The notes: a model not told the origin generated them from the letters alone. DNA of 64,000 nucleotides from Candidatus Aenigmatarchaeota archaeon (GCA_018920255.1 JAHLMR010000001.1:1058-65057), one strand, 5' to 3'. Counted from the first letter of the stretch, positions 38,843 through 49,662 are shown. Program-made: numbers and translations.

Positions 38843-41575
38843 GTGATTTTTATGAATTGGTATGAAAAGGGAGTTTTTGAAGCAGAACCATCTAATAATA
38901 AAAAATTTTATATGTTATTTGCATATCCAACGACATCTGGCATATTACATATTGGTCATGCAAGATCATATACTATTCCAGATGTAATAGCAAGATATAA
39001 AAGATTAAGAGGTTTTAATGTTTTATTCCCTCTAGGTTTTCATGCTACAGGAATAGATTGTATAAAAATTTTTGATAAAATAAAAGAAAATTTAGAAAAT
39101 GCTAAAATATATGGTATTCCAATAGAAGATGCAAAAAAAATATTTTCACCAGAAGAATTAGAAAAATATTTTGAAAAAAGAATGGAAGAATCCATGAAAA
39201 AATTAGGAATTTCTTTAGACTTTAGAGAAAAAGTATCAACAATAGACCCACAATATAAAAAATTTATTCAATGGCAATTTAAAAAACTAAAAGAAAAAGG
39301 TTATTTAATTCAAAGAGACTATCGTCTTGCTTGGTGTCCAAAATGTAATAATCCTGTGAGTTTAGATCCAGCGGAAGCAGATATTTCAGAATGGAAAGGA
39401 GCCCAAATAAAAGAATATTTTATAATAAAATTTAAAATTGAAAATGAAGATGTCTATCTTCCTGCTGCAACAATGCGTCCAGAAACTATTTTTGGAGTAA
39501 CTAATATTTGGATAAATCCAAATGGAAAATATGTTAAAGCAAAAGTTGATAATGAAATATGGGTAGTTTCAAATGATGCAATTAAAAAACTTGAAAATTT
39601 AGATAAAAAAATAGAAATAATTAAAGAAATTTCTAAAAACGATATTTTAGGAAAAAATGTAATAAATTCAATAACAAAAAATAAGGTCCCAATTTTAGAA
39701 GGAGAATTTGTTGATATTTCAGAGGCCACAGGAGTTGTAATGTCAGTTCCAGCACACGATCCGTTTGATTATATTTATCTTAAGAAAAAAGCACCAAATA
39801 TAAAAACAATTCAAGTAATAGAAGTTTTAGGTTTTGGAAAAGAACCAGCAGGAGAAATTTTAAGAAAAATGAATATTAAAGATGAAAAAGATCCAAAAAT
39901 TGAAGAAGCTGTAAAAGAATTATATAAATTAGAATTTCAAGGAAAAATGTTAAATTCTATAGAAAAATTTGGAGGTATGTTAGTTTCAGAAGCAAAAGAA
40001 AAAATAGTAAAATATATAGATTCTATTGGAGCAGGAGATAGAATTTATGAATTTTCTGTAAAACCAATACACTGTAGATGCGGGACAGAAATAATTATTA
40101 AAAAAGTATCTAATCAATGGTTTATAGATTATGGAAATAAACAATGGAAAGAAATAACTAAAAAAGCAATAGAAAAAATGAATTTTTATCCTGAAGAATA
40201 TAAAAAAGAATTACCAGGAATTATTGATTGGTTAGAAGCAAGGCCATGTGTTAGAAAAAGAGGTTTTGGAACAGATTTTCCTTTTGAAAAAGATTGGAAA
40301 ATAGAAGCTTTAAGCGATAGTACAATATACATGGCATTCTTCATTATAAGTAAATATATAAATAATGGAGAAATAAAAATAGATGATTTAACAGATGAAT
40401 TTTTTGATTATGTTTTTCTTAATAAAAAAATTAAAATAAAAAATAAAATTTATGAGAAAATAAAAAAAGAATTTGAATATTGGTATCCACTTGATTTAAA
40501 TGCTGGTGGTAAGGAACATAAGGCAGTTCATTTTCCATTTTTTATTTTTCATCATACTGCAATATTTCCAGAAAAATATTGGCCAAAAGGAATATTTTTA
40601 AATTGGCATTTAATTGTAGAAGGTAAAAAAATGTCAAAACATTTAGGGAATGTTATATACATAGATGATGCAATTAAAGATTTTGGAGCAGATGCAGTTC
40701 GTTTATACGTAATAAATGGTTGTAATCAATGGCAAGATTTTGATTGGTCAAATAAAATAGCTGAAAATTATAAAAAAATAATTTCTGAATTTAAAGAAAT
40801 TTTCTTAGAATTAATAAAATCAGAATCAAAAGAAATAAAGAGAATTGATAAATGGTTTGCATCAAGGTTTAATCATAATTTAGAATTAGCAACAGCACTT
40901 TTAGAAAAAAATGAAATTAAAAAAGCATCAGATATTTTATTTTTTAATGTTTTATCTGATATAAAATGGTATAAGAATAGAACTAAAAATTATAATATAA
41001 AAAATATACTTCTCAATTGGTTGAAATCTATTTCAATTTTTATACCATTTACAGCAGAAGAGTTATGGAATGCTACAGGTAATACTGGTTTTATTTCAAA
41101 TGAATCATGGCCAAAAATAGATTCAAATGCAATAAACTTAAAAATAGAAGCAGAAGAAGAAGTAGTAAAAAAAATTATTGAAGATATAAATGAAATTAAA
41201 AAAATAACAAATATAGAAAAACCACAAAAAATTTCAATTATAGTTTCTGAAAAATGGAAATATGAAGTGTATAATTATGTTGTACAAGGAAAAGACATAA
41301 AAGATATTATGAGTGATGAAAAATACAAAAAAATAGGAAAAAGAGTTATAGATTATATATTAAAATTAAAGAAAAAATTCATCAAAGATGAATTATTTTT
41401 ATCAGAAACATCTGAATTTTCTGCAATATGTGATGCAAAAGAATTTCTTGAAAATATTTTTAAATGTGATATTGAAATATACAGAGCAAATAAAATTCCA
41501 AACGATGCAGCAGAAGAAATTAAGAAAAAAGCATTGTCTGCTGAACCAGGAAAACCAGGAATAATTTTATATTAA
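38843..41575 (+). CDS. leuS: Leucyl-tRNA synthetase (archaeal type)
   Basis: HIGH motif (LHIGHARSYTIPDVIARYKR), KMSKS motif (KKMSKHLGN), a CP1 editing insertion, and 910 aa length. Confidence 0.9.
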   Translation: MIFMNWYEKGVFEAEPSNNKKFYMLFAYPTTSGILHIGHARSYTIPDVIARYKRLRGFNVLFPLGFHATGIDCIKIFDKIKENLENAKIYGIPIEDAKKIFSPEELEKYFEKRMEESMKKLGISLDFREKVSTIDPQYKKFIQWQFKKLKEKGYLIQRDYRLAWCPKCNNPVSLDPAEADISEWKGAQIKEYFIIKFKIENEDVYLPAATMRPETIFGVTNIWINPNGKYVKAKVDNEIWVVSNDAIKKLENLDKKIEIIKEISKNDILGKNVINSITKNKVPILEGEFVDISEATGVVMSVPAHDPFDYIYLKKKAPNIKTIQVIEVLGFGKEPAGEILRKMNIKDEKDPKIEEAVKELYKLEFQGKMLNSIEKFGGMLVSEAKEKIVKYIDSIGAGDRIYEFSVKPIHCRCGTEIIIKKVSNQWFIDYGNKQWKEITKKAIEKMNFYPEEYKKELPGIIDWLEARPCVRKRGFGTDFPFEKDWKIEALSDSTIYMAFFIISKYINNGEIKIDDLTDEFFDYVFLNKKIKIKNKIYEKIKKEFEYWYPLDLNAGGKEHKAVHFPFFIFHHTAIFPEKYWPKGIFLNWHLIVEGKKMSKHLGNVIYIDDAIKDFGADAVRLYVINGCNQWQDFDWSNKIAENYKKIISEFKEIFLELIKSESKEIKRIDKWFASRFNHNLELATALLEKNEIKKASDILFFNVLSDIKWYKNRTKNYNIKNILLNWLKSISIFIPFTAEELWNATGNTGFISNESWPKIDSNAINLKIEAEEEVVKKIIEDINEIKKITNIEKPQKISIIVSEKWKYEVYNYVVQGKDIKDIMSDEKYKKIGKRVIDYILKLKKKFIKDELFLSETSEFSAICDAKEFLENIFKCDIEIYRANKIPNDAAEEIKKKALSAEPGKPGIILY

Positions 41576-42336
41576 ATTTCTTGTGAGTTTTTCCAAAATT
41601 CTTCAAACTTTTCATAAAAATTTACAGGATAGTTAAAAAAATAAACTCCAGATTTTGTTACAGGATCATATGTTATTCCATGCATTTTATCTGAAATTAT
41701 AACATATGGCCAAACTTTTCCAAGTCTTAATTCTATACCAATTTTTCTTAAAGATTCACTTTGATCTGGATGTATTTGTTCTAAAATTGCTCTTATATGT
41801 ACATTTCTATTTACTGCTCTTCCTAATGCATCTAAAATATTAATATTATCAAAAAATTTATCAAAAGTTATAATTATATCTTTTTTTGCTATATCAATAA
41901 TTAATGCAGCTTTATCTATAAAACCATTTTCATATTTTTCATAAACCTTTTGATCATTCCAAATTTTTTCTTGCGGAACAAACCAATTCCACAATTTTTC
42001 ACATACTGCACAATTTTTCTTTTTTTCAATATACTCTGCAGTTATTTTACTTAAAATTCTTGGAATTGGATTGCAAGATTGAGTTATCCAAAATTTTTTA
42101 TTACTCCCTATATTACCTTTACTACTTTCTATTATTCCTTTTTCTTGTAATGAATAAAGATATTTATATGTATTTGTAACAGACATTCCACAAAGTTTTG
42201 CAATTTCATTAGCATCAAAAATTTTCTTTTTCTCTTTATAAAATTTTTCTAACATTATTGAAAGAATCTTAATTTCAAGCTTGTTAAAAAACCTTATTTT
42301 TTCAAGATAATTAATAAGCTCTTCAATTTTTGGCAT
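41572..42336 (-). CDS. Putative TrmB-like winged-helix regulator with an uncharacterised C-terminal domain
   Basis: The N-terminal wHTH (LEIKILSIMLEKFYKEKKKIFDANEIAKLCGMSVTNTYKYLYSLQEKGII) resembles TrmB/ArsR-type HTH. Confidence 0.4.
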   Translation of the reverse strand: MPKIEELINYLEKIRFFNKLEIKILSIMLEKFYKEKKKIFDANEIAKLCGMSVTNTYKYLYSLQEKGIIESSKGNIGSNKKFWITQSCNPIPRILSKITAEYIEKKKNCAVCEKLWNWFVPQEKIWNDQKVYEKYENGFIDKAALIIDIAKKDIIITFDKFFDNINILDALGRAVNRNVHIRAILEQIHPDQSESLRKIGIELRLGKVWPYVIISDKMHGITYDPVTKSGVYFFNYPVNFYEKFEEFWKNSQEI

Positions 42337-42424
42337 AATAAAATTTTATATAAATAACTTTTTATAATTATATGTTTATTTATAATTTAAAAAAATAAAA
42401 TAAAAAATTATAAAAGGTGATATA

Positions 42425-43033
42425 ATGCAAAAGGGAGATTTCATAGAAATTTCATATACAGGAAAAATAAAAGAAAACGGATCTATTTTTGATAAAGGAG
42501 ATGTAATAATAGCTTTGGGTAGAAATATGATTCTTCCTCCTTTAGAAAAATATCTTTTAGAAATGAATGTAGGTGAAAGAAAAAATGTAAATGTTTCTCC
42601 TGAAGAAGCCTTTGGAAAAAGAAACGAAAATCTTATAAAAACTATACCCTTATCAGAATTTAAAAAACATAATACAAATCCATATCCAGGTATGATAATT
42701 TCTGCAGATAATATGCAAGGAAGAGTTCTTTCTATAAATGGTGGAAGAGTTACTGTAGATTTTAATCATCCTCTTGCAGGAAAATATTTGAATTATGATA
42801 TAGAAATAAAAAGAAAAATAGAAGATAAAGAAGAAAAAATAAGAGCTATTTTAGAATATTTTTCTAAATCAAAATTAGGAAAAATTGAAATAAAAGAAAT
42901 AGATAAGAAAATTGAAATTATTGTTCCGCCTATTTTAAATCCGTTAGTTAAGAAACTTGTTTCTAATGAAATATTTGAAATATTTGATTTTGATGAAGTA
43001 AAATTTTCTGAAGTTTTTGAACGTAAAAAATAA
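42425..43033 (+). CDS. FKBP-type peptidyl-prolyl cis-trans isomerase (SlyD-like, with IF insert)
   Basis: N-terminal FKBP signature KGDFIEISYTGKIKENGSIFD plus an insert-in-flap region. Confidence 0.75.
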   Translation: MQKGDFIEISYTGKIKENGSIFDKGDVIIALGRNMILPPLEKYLLEMNVGERKNVNVSPEEAFGKRNENLIKTIPLSEFKKHNTNPYPGMIISADNMQGRVLSINGGRVTVDFNHPLAGKYLNYDIEIKRKIEDKEEKIRAILEYFSKSKLGKIEIKEIDKKIEIIVPPILNPLVKKLVSNEIFEIFDFDEVKFSEVFERKK

Positions 43034-43124
43034 ATTATATTTTAATTTATAATTTTTTAATTATCTTTAAATATCTTTCTAACTTTTTAAATAAATAATT
43101 TTATTATAAAAGGAGGTTATTTTT

Positions 43125-44213
43125 ATGGCAGTAAAAGCTATAGATGCGAAGAAACAAGGTTCTGCAGATAATTCTGTTGATGAAGAATTAAGAAGACTTT
43201 TAGAAGCAAAAAAAGCAGTTATAAAAGTTGTTGGTATTGGTGGTGCAGGAAATAATACTGTGTCAAGAATGATGCAAGTAGGAATAGTTGGAACAGAAAT
43301 AATTGCAATAAATACTGATGCACAAGATTTACTTTATACTGATGCAGATACAAAAATTTTAATAGGAAAGGAATTAACAAGAGGACTTGGAGCAGGAGCA
43401 GATCCCCATATTGGAATGGAAGCAGCAAAGGAATCAAAGGATGAAATTAAAGATGCACTTCGTGGAGCAGATATGGTTTTTATAACATGCGGACTTGGTG
43501 GAGGAACAGGAACTGGAGGGGCACCAATAGTTGCTGATGTTGCTAAAAAATTAGGAGCTCTTACAGTAGCTGTTGTAACTCTTCCATTTACAATGGAAGG
43601 AAATCAAAGATATGATAATGCTAGATACGGATTAGAACAATTAGAGGGAGTTGTAGATACATTAATAGTAATTCCAAATGATAAATTGTTAGAAATTGTA
43701 CCTGATGTAAGTATAATGACAGCATTTAAAGTAGCAGATGAAATTTTAGTAAATTCTGTTAAAGGAATAGCCGAATTGGTAACAAAACCAGGTCTTGTTA
43801 ACTTAGATTTTGCAGATATAAGAGCAATTATGGGAAGTGGTGGAATAGCAATGATTGGAATGGGCGAAAGTGACACAGAAAACAGAGCAATAGAAGCAGT
43901 AGAAAAAGCTATTAACAACCCATTACTTGATGTTGATATTGAAGGAGCAACAGGTGCTTTAATAAATGTAAGTGGTGGTCCAGATATAACTATGAGAGAA
44001 TGTCAAGAGATTGTTGAGGCAATAAGAACAAAACTTTCACCAGATGCTAAAATTATTTGGGGTGCACAAATAAATAAAGAAATGGGAGATACAATAAGAG
44101 CAATGATGATAGTAACTGGTGTAAAAAGTAATCAAATTTTTGGACAAACAAAGACTACAACAAAAGAAAGAACAAAGGAAATTGAAAAAGTTCTTGGAAT
44201 AGAATTTGTATAA
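43125..44213 (+). CDS. ftsZ: Cell division GTPase FtsZ
   Basis: GIGGAGNN, the tubulin signature GGGTGTG, and the T7 loop NLDFAD. Confidence 0.95.
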   Translation: MAVKAIDAKKQGSADNSVDEELRRLLEAKKAVIKVVGIGGAGNNTVSRMMQVGIVGTEIIAINTDAQDLLYTDADTKILIGKELTRGLGAGADPHIGMEAAKESKDEIKDALRGADMVFITCGLGGGTGTGGAPIVADVAKKLGALTVAVVTLPFTMEGNQRYDNARYGLEQLEGVVDTLIVIPNDKLLEIVPDVSIMTAFKVADEILVNSVKGIAELVTKPGLVNLDFADIRAIMGSGGIAMIGMGESDTENRAIEAVEKAINNPLLDVDIEGATGALINVSGGPDITMRECQEIVEAIRTKLSPDAKIIWGAQINKEMGDTIRAMMIVTGVKSNQIFGQTKTTTKERTKEIEKVLGIEFV

Positions 44214-44240
44214 AAGCTGTGTTAAAACACGGCTTTTTAA
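44214..44240 (+). terminator. Hairpin followed by a T-tract after ftsZ
   Basis: AGCTGTGTTaaAACACGGCT followed by TTTTTAAA. Archaeal terminators are mainly oligo-T. Confidence 0.4.
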
Positions 44241-44295
44241 ATATTTATTTTAATATTTAAATATTCTTCTATTTTATTAATTTCAAGGTGAAAAT

Positions 44296-44526
44296 ATGGA
44301 GAATATACAAAAAATACAAAATCAAGAAAAAAGAAAATTTTTACAGGAAATAAAAATAGTTAAAAAAATTAAAGAAAAAATTGAAATGTATAAAAGAACA
44401 ATAGAAATAGCAAAAAAACCAGATAAAGAAGAATTTATTTATTCAGCAAAAGTAACTGTTATTGGAATAGGAATAATAGGAATAATAGGTTTTATATTAT
44501 TTGTATTATATAATTTATTTATGTGA
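44296..44526 (+). CDS. secE: Protein translocase subunit SecE/Sec61-gamma
   Basis: 76-aa protein with a single C-terminal TM segment (VIGIGIIGIIGFILFVLY) in the conserved position upstream of nusG. Confidence 0.55.
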   Translation: MENIQKIQNQEKRKFLQEIKIVKKIKEKIEMYKRTIEIAKKPDKEEFIYSAKVTVIGIGIIGIIGFILFVLYNLFM

Positions 44527-44987
44527 TAAATATGGCAATATATACTGTAAGAACAACTGCTGGAAGAGAAAATATTGTAATAAATGCAATATTAAATAGA
44601 ATTAAAACTTCAGGATTAGATATCAAAGCAATGTTTCATCCATCTGAAATTAAGGGTTACATTTTTATAGAAGGAACTTATGATGTAATAGAAAAAGCAA
44701 TAACAGGTGTACCACATATTCGAGGATTAATAAAAAAAGAAATACCAATTTCTGAGATTAAAAAATTTATGGAAATAAAGAAAACAGAAATAAAATTAAA
44801 TCGTGGAGATATTATAGAAGTTATAAGTGGACCATTTAAGGGAGAAAAAGGAAAAGTAACAAGATTTGATGAAGCTAAAAGAGAAGTAACAATAGAACTT
44901 CTTGAAGCTGTTGTGCCAATTCCAATTACTGTATCTACAGATGTCGTTAAAATTATAGAACATGCTGAAAAGAAAGCAGGTGAATAA
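44523..44987 (+). CDS. nusG: Transcription elongation factor Spt5/NusG
   Basis: NGN domain (IYTVRTTAGREN) and KOW motif (GDIIEVISGPFKGEKGKV). Confidence 0.8.
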   Translation: MINMAIYTVRTTAGRENIVINAILNRIKTSGLDIKAMFHPSEIKGYIFIEGTYDVIEKAITGVPHIRGLIKKEIPISEIKKFMEIKKTEIKLNRGDIIEVISGPFKGEKGKVTRFDEAKREVTIELLEAVVPIPITVSTDVVKIIEHAEKKAGE

Positions 44988-44988
44988 T

Positions 44989-45474
44989 ATGGGAAAGCAA
45001 AGTCTAAAATTACTTGTTGAAGGTGGAAAAGCAACACCAGCACCACCATTAGGTCCAGCATTATCTCAAGCAAAATTAAACGTTGGACAGGTTATAGCTA
45101 AAATAAATGAGAAAACAAAATCATTTGCAGGAATGCAAGTTCCAGTAGAAGTTATATATGACCCTTCAGATAAAACCTTTGATATAAAGGTAGGTACACC
45201 ACCTGTTAGTGCTTTAATTAAAAAAGAATTAAAAAAAGAAAAGCTTGCAAAAACACCATGGAAAGAGCCACCTGTAGCTGATTTAACTATTAAACAAGCA
45301 TTAGAAATAGCAAAAGCAAAGCGCGATAAGCTAAATACTGATAATGTTAAGAAAGCAGTAAAACAAATCATAGCATCATGTGTAAGTCTTGGAGTTACAG
45401 TTGAAGGAAAAAATCCCAAAGATGTTTTAAAGGAAATAGATGAAGGAAAATATGATAAAGAATTAAATTGGTAG
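44989..45474 (+). CDS. rpl11: 50S ribosomal protein L11
   Basis: Start trimmed to MGKQSLKLLVEGGKATPAPPLGPALSQ, the conserved L11 N-terminus. Confidence 0.9.
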   Translation: MGKQSLKLLVEGGKATPAPPLGPALSQAKLNVGQVIAKINEKTKSFAGMQVPVEVIYDPSDKTFDIKVGTPPVSALIKKELKKEKLAKTPWKEPPVADLTIKQALEIAKAKRDKLNTDNVKKAVKQIIASCVSLGVTVEGKNPKDVLKEIDEGKYDKELNW

Positions 45475-45558
45475 TTAACTAAAGAAATCTTTAAATATTT
45501 TTATAATTATCCTATTTATAACTGCCTTGAGCAGTAGCATTGTGCGAAGGAGTTATTT

Positions 45559-46203
45559 ATGGAAATTAAAAATTTAGAAAAGAGTTTAGAAGAACTTAAA
45601 AAAACATCAATTAAAAGAAATTTTGTTCAATCTATTGATTTAATAATTTCTTTAAAAAATTTAGATTTAAAAAAACCAGAAAACAGAATAAAAGCTGAAA
45701 TATCTATTCCAGTACAATTTAAACCAAATAAAATAGGAATTTTTGCTGATACATTAATACCAAAAGTTAAAGAGCTTGGAGATTCTGTGATCTTAATAAG
45801 AAAAGAAGAAATAGAAAGTTATGGAAAAAATAAAAAACTTGCAAAAAAACTTGCAAAGCAGTGTAATTCATTTATCGCTGAGCCAAATCTTATGGCAAGT
45901 ATAGGAAAAAATTTAGGTCCTATTTTAGCACCAAGAAATAAAATGCCAAAACCTATCCCCCCAAATATAACTGATTTAAAACCAATTGTAGAAAGAGAGA
46001 AATCACTCATTAAAATTTTTGTAAAAGATTCTCCTGTAATTCAATGTTCAGTTGGAAAAGAAAACATGAAAAATGAAGATATAATTCAAAATATAAAAGC
46101 AATAATAGATAATATAGAAGCAATTCTTCCAAACGGAAAAGAAAATATAAAAAATATTTATTTAAAATTAACAATGGGTGGAAAACCAATAAAGTTGATA
46201 TAA
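45559..46203 (+). CDS. rpl1: 50S ribosomal protein L1
   Basis: 214-aa protein in the conserved cluster position, with L1-like blocks (FVQSIDLIISL, IFVKDSPV). Confidence 0.85.
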   Translation: MEIKNLEKSLEELKKTSIKRNFVQSIDLIISLKNLDLKKPENRIKAEISIPVQFKPNKIGIFADTLIPKVKELGDSVILIRKEEIESYGKNKKLAKKLAKQCNSFIAEPNLMASIGKNLGPILAPRNKMPKPIPPNITDLKPIVEREKSLIKIFVKDSPVIQCSVGKENMKNEDIIQNIKAIIDNIEAILPNGKENIKNIYLKLTMGGKPIKLI

Positions 46204-47055
46204 ATGTTAAAAGAAAATTATAAACCAAAAGTAACAGAAGAAAAGAAAAAAATAGTATCTGAATTAGTCGATTTGATAAATAAAAATAAAGTTTTAGGAA
46301 TTGTTGATCTATATAAACTTCCATCTGCTCAATATCAAAAAATAAAAAATAGTTTAAAGGGAAAAGCTTCTATTAAAGTAGTAAAAAAATCATTATTAGA
46401 ACGAGCATTAGAAAACTCAAATAAAAAAGAATTAATAAAATATATTCCGCTTCACCCAGCATTATTAATTTCAAATGAAAATCCATTCAAATTATATTTA
46501 TTTATAGAAAAAAATAAATCATCCGCACCAGCAAGAACTGGAGATATTGCAACAAATGATATTATAGTTCCAGCAGGTCCAACAGATATTCCACCAGGAC
46601 CAGCTATTTCAACATTACAAAAAGTAAAAATACCTACAAAAGTAGAAGCAGGAAAAATATCTATAATTAAAGATACTATTGTTTGTAAAGCAGGAGAAAA
46701 AATATCACAAGACCTTGTTTCAGCTTTAAACTTATTAAAACTTGAACCAATGCAAATAGGATTGAATGTAAAAGCAATCTATGAAGACGGGATACTTTAT
46801 ACAAAAGAAATACTTTCAGTTGACGAGCAAAAAATAATATCAGATTTTAGTAGTGCAGTATTATCAGCAATTAACTTTTCAGTAAATATATCATGGCCCG
46901 AAAAACAAACAATAAATATTTTACTTACAAAAGCTTATTTAAACGCAAAGAATTTAGGAATAGAAGCTTGTATATTAGAAAAAAATATTATTGAAAGCAT
47001 TTTACAAAAAGCAAATGCAAATGCTTTTGTTATATCAAAAAAATTAAGTTTATGA
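46204..47055 (+). CDS. rplP0: 50S ribosomal protein L10 (acidic protein P0)
   Basis: 283-aa protein in the conserved position between L1 and L12. Archaeal P0 length. Confidence 0.85.
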   Translation: MLKENYKPKVTEEKKKIVSELVDLINKNKVLGIVDLYKLPSAQYQKIKNSLKGKASIKVVKKSLLERALENSNKKELIKYIPLHPALLISNENPFKLYLFIEKNKSSAPARTGDIATNDIIVPAGPTDIPPGPAISTLQKVKIPTKVEAGKISIIKDTIVCKAGEKISQDLVSALNLLKLEPMQIGLNVKAIYEDGILYTKEILSVDEQKIISDFSSAVLSAINFSVNISWPEKQTINILLTKAYLNAKNLGIEACILEKNIIESILQKANANAFVISKKLSL

Positions 47056-47074
47056 AATAAAAGAAGGTGATAAA

Positions 47075-47374
47075 ATGGAGCTTATATATGCAGCACTTTT
47101 GCTTCATAGTGCAAAAAAAACTATAAATGAAGAAAGTATATCAAAAATACTTTCAGCAGCTGGTATAGAAACAGATGCAGCAAAAATAAAAGCATTAGTA
47201 GCAGCATTAGAAGGAGTAAATATTGATGAAATTATTTCAAAAGCTGCAATGCCAGTAGTTCCAGCAGCACCAGTTGCAGCAACACAATCTGAAAAGAAAG
47301 AAGAAGTAAAAGAAGAATCAAAAGAAAAGAAAGCAGAAGAAGCTGCAGCAGGTTTAAGCGCACTCTTTGGATGA
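47075..47374 (+). CDS. rpl12: 50S ribosomal protein L12 (P1 stalk protein)
   Basis: N-terminal [15 protein letters not shown]..., an Ala/Pro hinge, and an acidic C-terminus ending GLSALFG. Confidence 0.85.
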   Translation: MELIYAALLLHSAKKTINEESISKILSAAGIETDAAKIKALVAALEGVNIDEIISKAAMPVVPAAPVAATQSEKKEEVKEESKEKKAEEAAAGLSALFG

Positions 47375-47406
47375 AAGCATATTTTATAAAATTTTATTTA
47401 TTTTTA

Positions 47407-47889
47407 TTAGTAGAAAGAACATTCATCTATATCTTCAAAATAAAGACTACAAATCAATTCAAATAATTCATTTTCATTAATTTTTCCTTGAATAAACTTT
47501 TCTGTTTTACCTCTTAATAAAATATATGGTAACCCTAAAGATTCATTAAAATCATTTCTATCAGTTATCATTTTTGTTTCATTTAAATACTTATTTATTT
47601 CTATTTTTTCTATTATCATTTTTCTCCCAACATTTTCAAAAACATTTTCTATTTTTTTAAAATCTTCTAAACAACAATTTTCAGAATAATAAAATCTTAA
47701 AATAACAAAATTACTTCTAAGATATGTTGCTTCTTCTGATTCGGATAATGGTTTATCATAAATTAATTGTAAGCTTTTTTCTTTTGGAAAAATAAAAGAA
47801 ATAGCATACGCTATTGTACTCCCAATAAATGCTAATAATATGAAAACAGCAAAAATTTTATTTCTTGTTTCCTTTCGCATTTCTTTCAC
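47407..47889 (-). CDS. Hypothetical membrane-anchored protein
   Basis: N-terminal TM segment (IFAVFILLAFIGSTIAYAISFIF). The remainder is unassigned. Its 5' end overlaps trxB. Confidence 0.3.
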   Translation of the reverse strand: MKEMRKETRNKIFAVFILLAFIGSTIAYAISFIFPKEKSLQLIYDKPLSESEEATYLRSNFVILRFYYSENCCLEDFKKIENVFENVGRKMIIEKIEINKYLNETKMITDRNDFNESLGLPYILLRGKTEKFIQGKINENELFELICSLYFEDIDECSFY

Positions 47890-48793
47890 CTTGTAATTTT
47901 AAATATTGAGAAGCAGAGATTGCAGCAATTGCTCCATCTGCAGCTGCTGTAACTATTTGCTTTAGCGGTGATGATCTAACATCTCCAGCAGCATAAATTC
48001 CAGGAATATTTGTTTCACATTTTTCATTTACTTTTATATATCCTCTTTCATCTAATTCTAATTTTATTTTTTTAGCCAATGAATTTAAAGGAATTTCGCC
48101 AATAGCTATAAATACAGCAGAAGTTTTAATTTCCTTTCCATCATCTAAAATTACTTTTTCTACAAATTTATTTCCTTTTATTTCTTTAATTGACTTATTA
48201 AAAATAAATTTTACATTATTTTTTTCTGCTGATTCTAAAAGATTTGAAAAAGTTTTCATTTCAGATTTATCCTTATAATATATTAAAGTCGTTTTACATC
48301 CTATATTAGATAAATATAATGCATATGTTAATGCAGTATTCCCACCACCAAATACAATTACATCTTTTCCTTTAAAAAATGCACCATCACATGTTGCACA
48401 ATAACTCACACCTTTTCCTAAAAATTCTTCTTCGCCAGGAATATTAGCTTTTCTATGTTTTGTGCCTGTTGCAATTATTATTGTTTTTCCTTTATATTTT
48501 TTTCCAGAAGAAGTTATAACATCAAAATTATTTTTATTTATTGAAATATCTATAACTGTTTCTTGAGTTATTTTTCCACCTAAACTTTCTAAATGTTTTT
48601 TCATTTTTTCTAATAATTCTTGTCCTGAAATTAAAGGAAAACCAGGAAAATTATTTATATTATGAGCTAACGTTAGAAGAGAGGGTTGTTCAATACTTTC
48701 AAAAATAATTGTTTTTAAACTAGCATTAATAGCATAAATTCCTGCAGTTATTCCTGCAGGTCCACTACCAATTATTATTAAATCATAAATCAT
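47858..48793 (-). CDS. trxB: Thioredoxin-disulfide reductase
   Basis: FAD motif GSGPAGITAG, redox-active CATCDG and an NAD(P) Rossmann motif GGGNTA. Confidence 0.85.
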   Translation of the reverse strand: MIYDLIIIGSGPAGITAGIYAINASLKTIIFESIEQPSLLTLAHNINNFPGFPLISGQELLEKMKKHLESLGGKITQETVIDISINKNNFDVITSSGKKYKGKTIIIATGTKHRKANIPGEEEFLGKGVSYCATCDGAFFKGKDVIVFGGGNTALTYALYLSNIGCKTTLIYYKDKSEMKTFSNLLESAEKNNVKFIFNKSIKEIKGNKFVEKVILDDGKEIKTSAVFIAIGEIPLNSLAKKIKLELDERGYIKVNEKCETNIPGIYAAGDVRSSPLKQIVTAAADGAIAAISASQYLKLQGERNAKGNKK

Positions 48794-48795
48794 AA

Positions 48796-49662
48796 TTACA
48801 CCATTATTTTTTTAGCTTCTTGTATTAACTCAATAATTTTTCTTTTATTAATACCAGTTTTAGATTCTATTTCTTCGGGTTTAAATTTAAATAAATCTTT
48901 TAATAACATAAATCTTGCGTTTGAAAACGCATTTAAAGTTTCTTTATCTAAATTTCTTAACAAGGTTATTGGATATAAGTTTCTTTTTTCTATCATAACT
49001 TCAAGCCCATATCCAGCAGGAAATCTCCAACCAAGAAGTTTCATTGACTTACAATTTGCATATTGAATAGCATCTAAAGAAAATTTAGTATTACATACAA
49101 GCCATGGTTTATCAAATTTCTCACATTTTCCAGCCTTCCAACCGTCTATTAAATCAAGAAACCTTGCGTATGTATATAACACTTCCTTTAAACCTGTATA
49201 TATTCCTGAAATATTATGATATTTTAACTCAATCATATATCTTATAGGAGAAGGCCTTTCAAAAATTCTTGATTTAGGAAATTCTTCAGCTATTATATCT
49301 ATTTCATGATTTACACATCCACCAGAAACAATTTGTCTTAGTCTTGTTTTATAATTATATTCATTAAGAATTTCAGCAAAATAATTTTCAAAAGTATAAC
49401 CAGCAGGTCCTAATGCCATAATAGCATATTTTAAGTTATATTTTGCTGCGGCTTCAGGCTTTTTTTCTTCTAATATTTTTGTTGCTATTTCAAGTATTTC
49501 CCTTGTGCTTATTCCATCATAAAGTCTTGATTTAATTTCACGAAGTACTAAATTTGCAAGTTCTTTTGATGCTCCAGAACGTATTATAGTTTTATATATT
49601 TTATTTTCGTTAAATAATTCCCTATCTCCAGAAGCTTTTGTTACATAAATTTCTTTTTTCAT
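48796..49662 (-). CDS. ATP-cone domain protein fused to a PD-(D/E)xK (Mrr-like) restriction-endonuclease-fold domain
   Basis: N-terminal ATP-cone (IYVTKASGDRELFNENKIYKTIIRSGAS...). The Mrr_cat-like block is GYTFENYFAEILNEYNYK...EIDIIAEEF...YMIELKYH, arranged as D...ExK. It is oriented divergently from nrdD. Confidence 0.55.
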   Translation of the reverse strand: MKKEIYVTKASGDRELFNENKIYKTIIRSGASKELANLVLREIKSRLYDGISTREILEIATKILEEKKPEAAAKYNLKYAIMALGPAGYTFENYFAEILNEYNYKTRLRQIVSGGCVNHEIDIIAEEFPKSRIFERPSPIRYMIELKYHNISGIYTGLKEVLYTYARFLDLIDGWKAGKCEKFDKPWLVCNTKFSLDAIQYANCKSMKLLGWRFPAGYGLEVMIEKRNLYPITLLRNLDKETLNAFSNARFMLLKDLFKFKPEEIESKTGINKRKIIELIQEAKKIMV

